A stretch of 64,000 nt of DNA from Lama guanicoe (Eukaryota): NCBI GenBank assembly GCA_013239625.1, contig MU054220.1:8591367-8655366 (forward strand), read 5' to 3'. Below, piece by piece: positions 13,975 to 26,595 of the stretch (position 1 is its first letter; every line of letters starts with the position of its first letter). The notes below the pieces were generated by a model. The model saw nothing but the letters and a program-made list of their open reading frames with translations. It made no database searches and had not been told where the DNA came from. Both the position numbers and the translations under genes were made by a program.

Positions 13975-14150
13975 ACTTGACCTTTGATTACTTGCGTGAT
14001 TTGTCAGAATATTTAGCCTCTTTCAGTCTAAATTCCTTACATTTATAATGGAAAAATATGCATGCATTTTATTAGACAGTTCAGAGGATAATATAATGCA
14101 TAAAGCAGGAGTATGGAGACCAGCACGTCATAAGCACAAAATATATAACT
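13975..14150 (+). mobile_element. MIR SINE, degenerate
   Basis: tgcgtgatttgtcagaatatttagcctctttcagtctaaattccttacatttataatgg. Confidence 0.5.
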
Positions 14151-14909
14151 AATAGCGTATCACCTCGGTTAAAGAACTCACCCATATTGAATTGTAATGG
14201 TTCATTTATTTTTCTTCTCAACTGATCTGTGAACTTACTTGAGAGCCAGAGCAACTTCCACAGCAGCTATTTATAGCCTTGCTCTCAAACCCAAGATCAT
14301 AAATTTAAAAACTGTTAACCATTTTGAAGCTGCAAAGGGATATTAAGTACTTTCTTGCTTTCTTATAGGGAGTACATGGAACTTAATGACTCCCCTTCGC
14401 AACTTTCCCAGTCTTTTGTAAAAATCTGTTTTTCATAATACGTTGAATATCTCCCACCAGAGGGATCTTGGATTCCCTTTGCCTGCCTTTTGTTCTGCTC
14501 GGTCTTTTCTCTCACAGGACGCTGTGACAGTAGACCTGTTGTACTGATGCTCCCACGTGTTTCAGCCTTTGCTGTTCATAATCATTTGTTCCCTTTAATC
14601 TGTTCCATAGATACAGAGCAGATTATCAATCTTGAAAATATTGTCCATAATATGTTGTATTGATTCTCTATTAAATATTCATATACATGTGGGCCATGAA
14701 CATGAGTGTTACAGTATAATCTTTTGAGCATCAATTTTGCAATTAGTATGCCTTTAATGGTCTTTCTTTTGTTCTCAGTTGTCACAGAGATACTGTTTCA
14801 TTTGAAAGCTTGGTACAGTAAAGGTGAAATTTATTCCTTATGCCATAACTGTAGCAAAGTGGACTTTTTTTTTTAACCCAAGCTATGGCATGTATCGACC
14901 CTAGGAGAT

Positions 14910-15000
14910 ATATCAAGAATAATCTCATTCAACTTCGTTATTTTAGACATGAGGAAACAAGGAAGTTAATTGACTTGTGCAAAGTTACACAACCAGTTAT
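14910..15000 (-). mobile_element. MIR SINE fragment
   Basis: attttagacatgaggaaac...gttaattgacttgtgcaaagttacacaacc. Confidence 0.55.
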
Positions 15001-16339
15001 GAAAAGATATGAAAATCAAGCTAATAGATTTTAACTAATCCTGGGTAATTCTGTACTATCTTATATCTAATAACATTTTCTAGTGCCAGAAACCCTATCT
15101 AATGACAATTTATAATGGTTTATGATGATGATTAAAACATATATCTAAAATCCAAAAGAAATATAAATTTGCAGTAGTAGGTAGCACTGATTTAGATAAC
15201 TATCAAACTAAATGTGAAAGCTGAGTTCTCTAAGCTTATTTATGGTTTTGTGGTTTTGGAGGATTTTTTCCTGAGATTCGAGAGTCAGATCAGTCATGCT
15301 TTTCTACAGTAAATCAGTCTTTCTCATTTCAAAGTCTATAAACACTTTTCAATGCATCAGTTGTTCCTATGCCAGAAAACAATGGAAACTGGAAAAAGAA
15401 GACTCTGAAAGAATGTGTATTATATTTTTGGCCCATGGGCTTAGCTCTTCAGCGCTGAAGTCTCTAAGGATATTTAAAGCATCTTTCCTTGAGGGGTGGT
15501 GGTGTTTACTTACTGAGAATTCAGGCAGCTTCATTGTGCTTCCTAATTTTTCCAGATGTCTTTAGATCCTGACAAAGTCAGGAAATGGAGACTCATTTCC
15601 AGATCACTTTCTTTCCAAGGTGGGCTATTCCATCCTGTGGCATTTTTATGTGATTTGCAGTTACTAATTTGTAAAATTTAGGTTTAATACTGATCAGTAT
15701 GCTACTTCCATATAAGTTCTGATGGGCAAGTGATATGAGCTAGGCGTGCAGACTTGGATTTGCAAATCAAATCATGGGCTAGCAAATAACATTTTCTGCA
15801 AAGGCAGCTTATCAATTCATTGGTGGAGGGGAAAATTTTTTGGAAGGTAAAGTTTAGTGCACTATCATGAGCCTTTTATAGGGTTTTGACACAATGTTGA
15901 CTTTAGAACATTTAAGGGAAAAGGTACTCTACATTTTGGGCCACTATCATAGGGAAGTTTTCCAGAAACCAAAGACAGCAGGAATCACTTGCAAATTACA
16001 AGAGGCTCACCAAAATGTATTGGCATATATACAATAATCACCAGCCAAAGAAAACCAAAGAGAAGCATATATTATAAACTATTACCGTTTTATTCTGAAA
16101 CAGCTAAAACCTTGAAAATTACATAGTATAAAATAGATGGTTTTTTCAAATAAAGGACAGTCTGACGTCAATCATACAGGCAGCATGAACGAATCTAGCA
16201 AGAGATAGGAATGTAATGACTTCCAGCAGTGACCACCTTAACTTAACATTTGTATAACTTTAAAGTTTTTATAGAGTGTTGGCTAGAATGATAATTCATA
16301 GTAGTTCTTACACTTCCCAAATAAAAATCTGCATTATCA

Positions 16340-16490
16340 CATTTGATTCACACAAAGATGCTGTATTGTCAAGCGACAGGTTGGCAGCCTCCTGTCACCA
16401 CCATTTTCAGATGAAGAACACTTTTCTAGAGCTAGTTGATGACAGAATTTGAACTTGGACCTGGGTCCCCTGGTTTCAAATCTCATGCCA
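16340..16490 (-). mobile_element. MIR SINE fragment
   Basis: ccattttcagatgaagaac...agctagttgatgacagaatttgaac. Confidence 0.5.
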
Positions 16491-17940
16491 CTGTATTCTA
16501 TTCTATTTCCCCATCTTAAGGGACAATGGTAATTCTTTTCTGATAGTTTACATTAAATAATAAATATAGCTCCTTATATTCATAATATTAGGTGTGCATA
16601 CAAATATAAATATATATTTTTTCCCAATAAATTACATGGCAGATATCTTCAAGGTCAAGGTTAAAGATATCAAATAACACTAAGAAGGCTTAACATTGAA
16701 ATTCACAGTCCCTTAACCCTCCTTATGCCAGTTTTGATCCTCTGGGGCCAACAATTTTAAGTATTTTAGTTGACCTTTCTGTTCTACCCTACTCCTTGCA
16801 AGGTACATTTTCATCCAGATCATCTTCACTGACATTTGATTTGGACTGCTGCTTTTTTAATTTCTTTGTTAGCACCACCCATTTCAACCCGTGGATCAGT
16901 AATGCTCTATGTTGTTATCTGACTCAGGTTTCCCCCAAGCCAAGCCAAGCCAAATTCTAACCAGTAGTATCCTCACTTCAACTTTCTCCTTCAGTTCAAG
17001 AAAAATTCAGTCTTTTCAAAGTTTTCATCACTTGTTAATCTGATTGTATCCATAAGATTTATAAGGTATGCTAAGTTCTTATCTTGAAATTCTTTAAAGT
17101 CAACTTGAATAAAATTATACTTATCATTGGAAACCAGTGGGTCTAGAAGTTCTGGTATGGTGTTCATAAATGGGGACTGTATTTATGGTTTCCAGATGGA
17201 GTAGAATTCAATGTGCTAAGAAACTTTTAAAAGAATTAAAGGATCCAAAGGACAAATAACCCTGCACAAATCCTTTATTCATTCCTGCACTCTTTTCCCC
17301 CACACTGTTGCAAATCCCCCACCAGAGAGAGCCACAGGGCAAAAGTTTGCAAACACAGTAGCTCCAGCACACATTAAACCAAACATTTTATCACATACTT
17401 TTATGATAAAAATCATCTCTTTCCCTTATATCCCAAGATGTTTCAAAATTAAAGTGCTTTGCATCTTAAAGGCATTTCTTCCTTCATCACCCCTTTGATC
17501 ATGAAGGTTCTCAAGATCCAATCTAGACAGTCTATTCACTTTTTTCCCATTTCAGTCTCTAGTAGCAGATAGAAACCCTTTCTCATACTTCGGAAGGCGT
17601 AGGCTAATATTGGAATCAGTTTATTGGTAGATATCAAAATTGAAAAACAGATGAATTCAAAGGAAAGCCAATTTCATGAGGATCACCATTAGCCAGCTCA
17701 GCTGGTATCCAGACACAGAGCTGTAGAGACCAGGAAAATGGACAGATGGCTAGTTCTAGGGCACACATAGAGTAATGTGCCAGGGAACCCCATGAGACAT
17801 CTGTGAATTCCTTGAAGGTGAGTCACTCTGAGTAATGAGTCTGGTGGGGTTCACACCGTAAAAATGAAGGCTGGTCTAAAAATAAAAGTACCACCTTTTG
17901 AACTCACAGTAGGTAAAGTCAGGAATCGATAGATCGCATT

Positions 17941-18457
17941 TGTCACAGGGGGAGGAATTTCTTCCTCTACTCTTCTTGAGTTTTTGTGGCTAGACTAGCA
18001 ATACAATTGACACAAGACAGATTAACAAGAGGAAAAGAGACAAATTTTTAATTCATGTGCATGGGAGTTTCATAAAAATGGGACCTAAGAAATGGCCGAA
18101 GCAGGCAGCTTTTATAATTTTTAGAGAAAGAAAGAAACATTTTAGGAGGAATTGACAGGACAAAGAAATTTAGGTTTGGGATGCCCAACTAGTGAAGAAT
18201 CTAAACAGAGTCTAGGTTTGGAGTAGTAAATTAAAGAAGTCATGAGGTTTGTTAATACAGGTTCTTGGCCTGAATTCCTGATCTCCGGTGATAAGAACGT
18301 TCCTTTACCTCCCAGTACAGGGAGGGTACCATTCACATGGAGATGAGAGGAGGGTCAGTGTCCATCGTGAGTTGACCATTTCTCAAGTAACTTTAATTCA
18401 AAATAATCAATGTGCCACTGAATCACATTTTGGAGAAGCCCATCCTGAACCCCAGCA
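17941..18457 (-). mobile_element. Solo ERV1 LTR (MER34/MER39-like)
   Basis: TG...CA termini; homologous along its length to the reverse complement of 52689-53228 (ggacctaagaaatggcc, gcaggcagcttttata, gaattgacaggacaaagaaattt). Confidence 0.82.
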
Positions 18458-18534
18458 TATATTTCCATGAAAAATACCTATTTTTTTTCATATTTTTCTT
18501 TTTATCTCATTTTTTAAAAATCTCATAATAATGA

Positions 18535-18735
18535 CGGAAATACAAAGTTATGATTAGACAAACACTACAGTAATCATTGTTGCAGGAGAGGTTGATCTGG
18601 CAAGATGGCAGGATCAATGGAAGCTCATATCTACAGGTGGAAGTTCCAATAGAAAAGCAACACTTGCATACTTTCATAGTATCTCCTCTGAGGTACCTAT
18701 TAATTGCAAAGAAGAAAATGGCAACTTTATTCACA
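18535..18735 (+). mobile_element. Old L1 3' UTR fragment (L1MC4-like)
   Basis: ggcaggatcaatggaagct...agtatctcc...tattaattgcaaagaagaaaatggcaacttt. Confidence 0.55.
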
Positions 18736-18764
18736 AAACAACATTCTCCCATGGTAGAAAAACA

Positions 18765-19209
18765 GCCATTTGCAGCAACATGGATGTCCCTGGAGAATGT
18801 CATTCTAAGTGAAGTGAGCCAGAAAGAGAAAGAAAAATACCATATCATATCACTCATATGTGGAATCAACAAAAAAAAGAAGATGAAGAAGAAGACAAAC
18901 GAACTTAAATATAAAACAGAAACAGACTCACAGACACAGAGTACAAACTTGTGGTTGCCGGGGGAAGTGGGGTGGGAAGGGATAGCCTGGGAGTTCAAGA
19001 TTTGTGGATACTGACAGGTATATATAGAATAGATAAACAAGCTTATACTGTATAGTACAGGGAAATATATTCAAGATCTTGTAGTAGCTTATGGTGAAAA
19101 AGAATATAAAAATGAATAAATGTATATTCATGTATGACTGAGAAATTGTGCTGTACACCTGAAATTGACACAACACTGTAAACTGACTATAACTCAATAA
19201 AAAAAAAAG
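18765..19209 (+). mobile_element. Young 5'-truncated L1 (ORF2 C-terminus, 3' UTR, poly-A)
   Basis: Encodes PFAATWMSLENVILSEVSQKEKEKYHIISLICG (L1 ORF2 end); 3' UTR ends ...ctcaataaaaaaaaaaa. Confidence 0.92.
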
Positions 19210-20674
19210 ATACAGATATTTTGCACCAATTTTATTTCAATACTTGACCACCTTGACTGCTAAATGTATTATATTTTTCCAAATAGAAAGAAATAGCTCA
19301 ATTTATCAATGCCATATATTGATAATCCCGAAAAACTTTTACACAACTTTTAAAAATATTTGTATATGACTTTAACATTCCCTTAATATCCCAATAAAAC
19401 CTTCATGGATACATTACAATGATTTGCTGTAAAACAGAACTATTCCTTTTATAAACAAAATTTTCTGAGTTACAGCAAGAATGACTGATAAAGAATAACC
19501 AAAAAAATGATAATGTACATTTAAGTAAATCTTCTTATACAATTTGTATACATATTTTAATTATTTCTCAAGAATCTTATGAGATTCTTTGCACATTCAC
19601 AGGTATACATTCAGACCTAGAGAGAGTTATACATGTCAGTATGTAATTGGATTCAATTCATTTATGTTTTTCGAATTCTTACAGTTCTAGACTCGGAGCA
19701 TAAGATCTATCACCGTATATTATTTTTGCCCCCAAAAATAAAAAGAGAAGGAAAAAAATAAAATCATTGCTGGTTTACTTTATTATTGTGTATATTTATA
19801 GCTGAGAAAAAAATCAAGATTACATGAAAAGGCTAAATGGCTATTATATGGTGAAGTTTCAGCTCAAAGTAGGCTGTTTTAATTAAAACCTATTATAGTA
19901 TTTCCACTTGCTCGTCACTATATTCATTCTGCAGAATGCATTCTTACAGTTGCATTTCCTTGCAAGTAATGAGAAACCAGACCAGTGTTTCTGAAATAAC
20001 AGAGTCAACTGTGAACGTCCTTAGACCTCCAACAGCTAAAACTGTGTGCTTTCTTACTCTCTACTGTCTTCTCCTCCTCCTTTTCCCTTCCCCACAAACT
20101 GCTTACCTTCCTCTACCTCCCAGCCTTTCTTCTTTTTTCTCCTTAAGTCATTAAGAGATAAGCATTTGAGATAAGAACTATTGGCTGTCAGCACTTGTCT
20201 CAAGTATTGCTATGACATGACCCAATTATTAGGGCTACCAAACTGGAAAGAAATTGGTATTTCCATACACAGGAATGCTTATCCTATCTTAATCCTATTG
20301 CTGGTACAAAAGGCAACTCTATATAGTGGTCTGTGGGACAGGGGAGGGTACCAACCGAACATGGTTGGTCTGGCAGCAGGGGTTGTACTTGACCTCTCCG
20401 TATGTGTCTAGCTATTGAAATAAGATTCGGCTATTATTTGTCAGCCTGGAACCAATGGTGGTGTCTTCCTGTTAACTGCTGCTCCTGCCAATATTGCAGG
20501 TTTTTATCTCTGAAAATTTGACACGAAGGATCCACTTCCCTTACCACCTGCACTACTGTATTCCCATGTATATGTGTGTTTGTTTAGTTTAATTTTACTT
20601 TGACTCATTTTCCTTTGAGGAAAGAGTTTTATGTATTTATGTGTTTGTTTTGTCAGTGAATGCCAGATGTAAAT

Positions 20675-21050
20675 AAAGATTAGGTTTGCCTGCATGTATT
20701 AGAGAACTCCAAAATCAACAAAATGAAATTTTATTTCTCTCTCACAAGTGACTGGCAATCAGGGGTTCACACAGCAGCCCAACACCATCAACAGCAGCAT
20801 CCCTTTCTAATATCATGTTCCGTTACCCTGGAAGCCACCACGTGGCTAAATATGGCTTTTGAACTGACAGACAGCAAAAAGAATAAAGATGAGGAACTGT
20901 GTGCTCTCTCTCTTTAAGAAGTCTGGTTGGAAATCACAAGCAAACAAAAAACCTTCTGCTTATATTTTTATCTGCCAGAACATAATCACTAAGCCAACTG
21001 GGCTCCAAGAGAGGGGAGTAAAATAATCTCATAATTGGATTCTACAAAAT
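20675..21050 (-). mobile_element. Old MaLR LTR (MLT1J/K/L-like)
   Basis: ttttatttctctctcaca, ctctttaagaag, ccttctgcttatatt...gccagaacataatcac. Confidence 0.55.
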
Positions 21051-22429
21051 TCTATCCATCCAAACAGTAGCTGTATTTGACAAAGTTGGCAATTATTTGT
21101 CTGTATGTGTATAATTATATATACATGATGCTGTATAATCCAATATGAAAGTAAGTTGGAATAAGTAAACCCTACATTTTGCAGAATTTGGGGTGAGGGT
21201 AGCTAGCACCTCAATATCTGTTAAAGAAATATTTCCTTATGTCAAAATACTGTTGTCCACAGAGGAGAGGCAATTGAAAATACCAAGCATTTCAAATTGG
21301 CTACCTTAAAAATGCAGCTTTTTACAATGAATGAAGCCTTGAATAACAAAAGAAACTGAAAAAAAATTCGTAAAAAAACCCACTGATTCAATATTAGCTG
21401 ACACAGCTTTAAAAAGTGTAGAAATGATCATGAAACCTGACATTTTCCCACAATACAGAGAAAATAATAATCAACTTTTCACATTGTTTTACAAATTCAG
21501 CCAAAATTATGTGTGTGCGTTTGTGCAACTTCTACAGGGTAAACACTTAAAAATAAATGTTATAAATGTCCTAATAACTTAAAGAATATGGTGGAAATAA
21601 AAATAAACATATTTTCAAAAACAGGAAATTCTATAAATAAATAGATGTTTTCTCCCCAAATCAAACAGTAGTATTCTTAGCAACTTTTTTAGTTTTAGAG
21701 ACAATATGTACAAAGCAACAAGCTTATGGAATTTTTCCCTTACATCTGAAGAACCATCTAGGATTACCTCTCAGACTGATGTTCTCCTTAATTTGACATT
21801 TTACATGTTGGATACATTTAAAGGTAAGCCATGGCCCAGAGTTACTGAACTACATGTGCAATTGGGAATTTTTCAGAAGTTTCAGGGGTAGTGATGATTT
21901 AAAAATAAATAGTAATAATTCCCCCAAACAGAATGCAATTTAAAATGTAGCTTCCACAACCCTCTTTGCAGCCACTCCGTACTCATGTTGACTTATCTGA
22001 GGATGTTGCTGACGATGAGGGAAAGAAAAGAACAGGCAACTGCTTCAGAGCCAGCCCCATCTGTACCCCCTCTGCCGTGCCAACTGCAAGGGAAAAAGCT
22101 CAACTTGTTTTTGTTGGTAAAGTCAGCAAATGTGACCTGAAGACAAATAGGGAGCAGATGTGATGAGTTAGATATTTGCTTTTCCATTGACAAATGTGGC
22201 CATGGCCATCATAACTGGGAAAATGCTTCAGCTGCAAAAATCTGCTCTGTTTCCTAAGTGCCAAGCTTATGGCTCTTACTGTCTTAGCAGTTCTCAAGGA
22301 ACATAGGAAGTATACCAAAATCCCCTCTGGGAATGTTAACTTCAACAAAACTCATTAAAAAAAAGATTTAAGAGGCATGTGTTGCTTGTTACACAGATTA
22401 TAATGAGATGCACTCTGTTGGAGTTTCTG

Positions 22430-23490
22430 TCATTAAAAAAAATGGAAAAAAAAAGGGGGAGAAAATATTTGCAGATGATGCGACTGACAAGGGCTTAATT
22501 TCCAGAATATACAAGCAGCTCATACAACACAATAACAAAAACAAACATGCAAACAAACAACCCAATCAAAAAAAATGGGCAGAATACCTAAATAGACATT
22601 TCTCTGGTGAAGACATACAGATGGCCAATAGGCACATGAAAAGATGCTCAACATTACTAATCATCAGAGAAATGCAAATCAAAACTACAATGAGGTATCA
22701 GCTCACACCAGTCAGAATGGCCATCATTCAAAAGTCCACAAATGATAAATGGTGGTGAGGTGTGAAGAAAAGGGAACCCTCCTATATTGTTGGTGGAAGT
22801 GTAATTTGGTGCAAGCCACTATGGAAAACAGTGTGGAAGTTCCTTAAGAAAACTAAAAATAGTTACCATATGATCCAGCAATTCCACTCCTGGGCACATA
22901 TCTAGAGAAAAGTCTCCTAATTTGAAAAGATACATGTACCCCAATAGCAGCACTATTTAAATAGCCAAGACACAGAAGCAACCTAAATGTCCATCGACAG
23001 ATGAATGGATAAAGAAGTTGTGGCACAAATATACAATGGAATATTACTCAGCCATAAAAAGGAATGAAATAATGCCATTTGCAGCAATATGGATGGACTG
23101 TGGATTGTCATACTAAGTGAAGTAACTCAGACAGAGAAAGACAAACATCATATGATATTACTTATATGTGGGATCTAAAAAACGATACAAATGAACTTTT
23201 TTATAAAACAGAAACAGACTCACAGACATAGGAAACAAACTTATGGTTACCAAAGAGGGATGTGGGGGAGGAATAAATTAAGAGTTCTGGATTAGCAGAC
23301 ACAAATTACTATGTATATAAAAGATAAACAACAAGGTCCAATATAGCATAAGGAGCTATATTCAATATCTTGTAATAACCTACAATGAAAAAGAATCTGA
23401 AAAGGAATATATATGTATAACTGAACCACTTTGCTGTACACCTGAAACTAACACAACACTGTAAATCAACTATATTTCAATTTAAAAAAA
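22430..23490 (+). mobile_element. 5'-truncated L1 (~1.05 kb; ORF2 C-terminal domain and 3' UTR), older cetartiodactyl type
   Basis: ORF 22408-22758 reads [21 protein letters not shown]...[32 protein letters not shown]; typical 3' UTR and A-rich tail. Confidence 0.93.
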
Positions 23491-24439
23491 GAAAGGGAAG
23501 AACAAGAAAAACAAAGGGAAAAAAAGAGATGTTTGGCAGAACTAGCATGGAAAAAGATAGGAATGCAACAGTTATTTTGATGGATCTGGGAGATAGAAGT
23601 GTTGGAAAGGAAAGAAAACTAACACACCCTGTCATTAGACCCGGTGGGCCATTTCTGAAGGTGACATTTTTTTCCCTTGGAAAAGTCCAATGTGCTCAGT
23701 AATCAAGCTTCTGACCCTTCCTTCTAAACATGGTAGGACGCTGCTGGTCAGCTGTGCTTCTGCTGTTGCGAATGCCTGGCTGCAGCCTTTGAAGGCGGAG
23801 AAAAGGGAAGATGTATCTCCCTTGCATTGGGAGGAGCTTCCCAACTCAAACCACAGAATCAAAGGGGAAAAATGGTATCAATTCTGAAAACAACGTCTGG
23901 TCTTAACTCTCTCCCCAAGCCTTCATTTTGTCTGCTTGACACCCTAGGTAGGCAGGTGATGCAGTTAACAGCATAACACTGAATTATTTCTCACCTATTC
24001 TTTTCCTTTTTTAAACCATATAAACCTAAACAATAATTAAAACAAGTTTCTTTTTTTTTTCTATACTCAGCCATTTTTGTTTTTCATTCTGGATGTGATG
24101 AGTGAGATTCCTGTTGCTTGATAATCCAAATTATCCTGGCATCCATTTTACTTTTATAAGCTCCATAATAAAGTAGTCCCTTTCAGCCATTTATCTTACT
24201 GTTACCTTCAGTGTATACTGTCAAACTCAGTGTAAGCCTGCAGCAGCTCAAACACAGTCCAGAGACCAAACTGGAACTGGCAATAGCATTTTCTAACGCA
24301 AACTGCATCTGCATGCAAGAGGGATGTGAAACAATAATCTCCTGATGCACGACTATGTTTAATTTCTGTGAATGATGCTAAAATGTCAATGAATCGTGAC
24401 ATCCCTTAGTCCGTAAAAGGAGGCAACAATGACGCTAGC

Positions 24440-24780
24440 TGTCGACTTTGAATTATGACTCGTTACTGGTTTCGTGGGCCTCTGTCTCTCCAAATATAAA
24501 ATGAAGATGGCAATATCTCACTTGCTGGGCGTTGAAGAAGTTGAAACGATGTCCAGTTTGTATAAAGCGTCTAGTCCAGGGGAGCCCTCGGTGTGCAACA
24601 GTGCACGCACGGAGTCTGGTGGCCTGATCTGACTCTTACTAGCCACGTGGCTTAAGAAACTCCTTAACCTTCCAAGCTTCAGCTTCTTCTTGTGTGGGAT
24701 AATAACTCCATCTCGTAATGGTAGGAAGTTAAATACGGTAATTGAAACATTGAAACGGCTCAATAAATATTACCTGTTAA
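24440..24780 (+). mobile_element. Two adjacent MIR SINEs
   Basis: Two MIR cores: gggcctctgtctctccaaatataaaatgaagat and cttactagccacgtggc...cttaaccttccaagcttcagcttc...gggataataa...ctcaataaatatta. Confidence 0.55.
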
Positions 24781-25061
24781 TCTTTTTTTTTAACTTGAAG
24801 CCACTTATTTAATAATTGTAGAACTTTATTGTATTCCTATATCACCATACATTATCACCATATATTTTCTACATTGATAATCTTCCCATCAATAGCTAGT
24901 TTCCTGGTGTTTCCTTTCTGTGAATTCTCTAAGACCACCAGCAATAGCTAAATCCTACGAAAGTCACCAGTGACCGCATCAGTCGTTACACCCTTTGTCA
25001 CCAATCAAGGGACCATATATAAATGTGTCTATTTCTGGAGTTTCTATTTTGTTCTATTTTT

Positions 25062-25275
25062 CTTTTTTTTTAATTAAAGTATAGTTGATTTATAATGTTA
25101 TATTCATTTCTGGTATATATATAATGTTATATTAGTTTCTGGTATACAGCATAATGATTCAGATATACATATATATTCTTTTTCATTATAGGTTATTACA
25201 AGCTATTGAATATAGTTCCCTGTGCTATACAGTGGGACCTGTTGTTTATCTGTTTTGTATATAGTAGTTTGTGTA
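25062..25275 (-). mobile_element. Short L1 3' end (cetartiodactyl type) containing a 29-bp tandem duplication
   Basis: Poly-T, then aattaaagtatagttgattt...attgaatatagttccctgtgctatacagt; tataatgttatatt..tttctggtata at both 25091 and 25120. Confidence 0.87.
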
Positions 25276-26510
25276 TTTAGCTATTAATCTTAAATCTCTC
25301 TTTCTTTAACTCAATCTCTCTATGTTAATCTCCTGCAAAATATACAGTAAATGATAATATGCGACGGGCCCACGCTAGTCTGAGATCCCTCTGGCGTCTG
25401 TTTCTAGGTCCCAAAGCCCGAGGCTGCCCCTGAGCCTGCATGTGTGGATGTTGTTCTACTGCATTGCAACCACGTTTCATAAACTCTCTCTCTGCTCATC
25501 TCCTCTTCTCCACAAGGTAAGCACAGTTATTCAAAGTCCTTGTTTTATGCTTCCATCTTCCAGAGCCCTGCTGTTTGTGCTGAACTAAAGAGAGATTTTA
25601 TCATAATATTAAGTAGCTCTCACTTAGTCAATACAATTAAAATGCATTGCTTTATACAGTTAACTTTGAATTCATTATTCTGTTTTATGGGGGAGGAGGC
25701 TCAAAGAGCCAACGAGAGGAGAATATGTTATATTCGCTCTCGAAGTCCATCCAACGTGCTGAATGTGAATGACATTCCTGTGTAATTTACATGTATAATT
25801 AACTCTTTAAATATGTAAGGAACTTTTCACATAATAGTAAGTCTATAAGAAAATACTGCAATGCTCAGCTTCCTGGACATGTGAGATAGGAGAAATTAGG
25901 AAAGGAAGGCTTTCGTCCTGAGTTAGCAAGTTACCAGCCAAGTTACTCCGAAGACGTTACATATCTCCTTTGAACTTCAGCTTGCTTATCTACAAATTAG
26001 AGATGGTAATTACAGCCTCGCTAACTTCTTCGAAGTGCTCTTTCACTGCACATGTCAGCGGCACTTTTCTCTCCACTCTAAGTCCTCCCATCCTCCTCAG
26101 TGACGCCAGCTTCTCATACAGAAATCTCAAACTGTGTCCCTGCCCCTCACGCCCATCAGCAGGAATGGCCTTCTTCATCACTCACATCGGCCGCATTTCA
26201 TTTTGTCCTCATCCTGGATCTGGTCATCATCGGAATTTTTTTTAACCTGCATAATCACTAAGTCATGTAAGTTTCTGACCATGAACTATATTTCTTCCAC
26301 ACTATTTTGACTGTTTAACCTTATCTACAGGATTCATAGTTTTTTGAAATCTACTTTTTCTTGCATTCCATGATTTCACACCTTAACTTTCTTATTTTTT
26401 CAGCTAAGATCGCATGGCCTATCATTTCATTAAGACTTTTGCCAATACGTAAGTCATCTTCATATACATATATACATATAATTTTATATCATGTAGCAAA
26501 ATACCAACTA

Positions 26511-26595
26511 CAATATTCAACTATTCTATATTCTTTATGTATATGCTTCAATATTCAACTATTCTATATTCTTTCTTTATGTATATGCTTCAATA
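26511..26595. repeat. 38/42-bp tandem duplication
   Basis: caatattcaactattctatattctttatgtatatgctt occurs twice; the second copy has an extra cttt. Confidence 0.95.

Noticed and set aside
14475..14520. Strong plus-strand acceptor-like pyrimidine tract ending ctcacag
   Set aside because: No good donor at exon distance. Such tracts occur by chance in AT-rich DNA.
15687..15700. 14-bp palindrome atactgatcagtat
   Set aside because: Several palindromes of this size are expected by chance in 64 kb.
18507..19040. Longest ORFs (177 aa minus; 145 aa plus at 18577-19014)
   Set aside because: Chance read-through across an old L1 3' UTR fragment and a young L1 ORF2 tail. The minus ORF is antisense L1. 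Neither is a gene.
22408..22758. 116-aa ORF with clear protein homology
   Set aside because: It is the C-terminal part of L1 ORF2 in a 5'-truncated, mutated copy.
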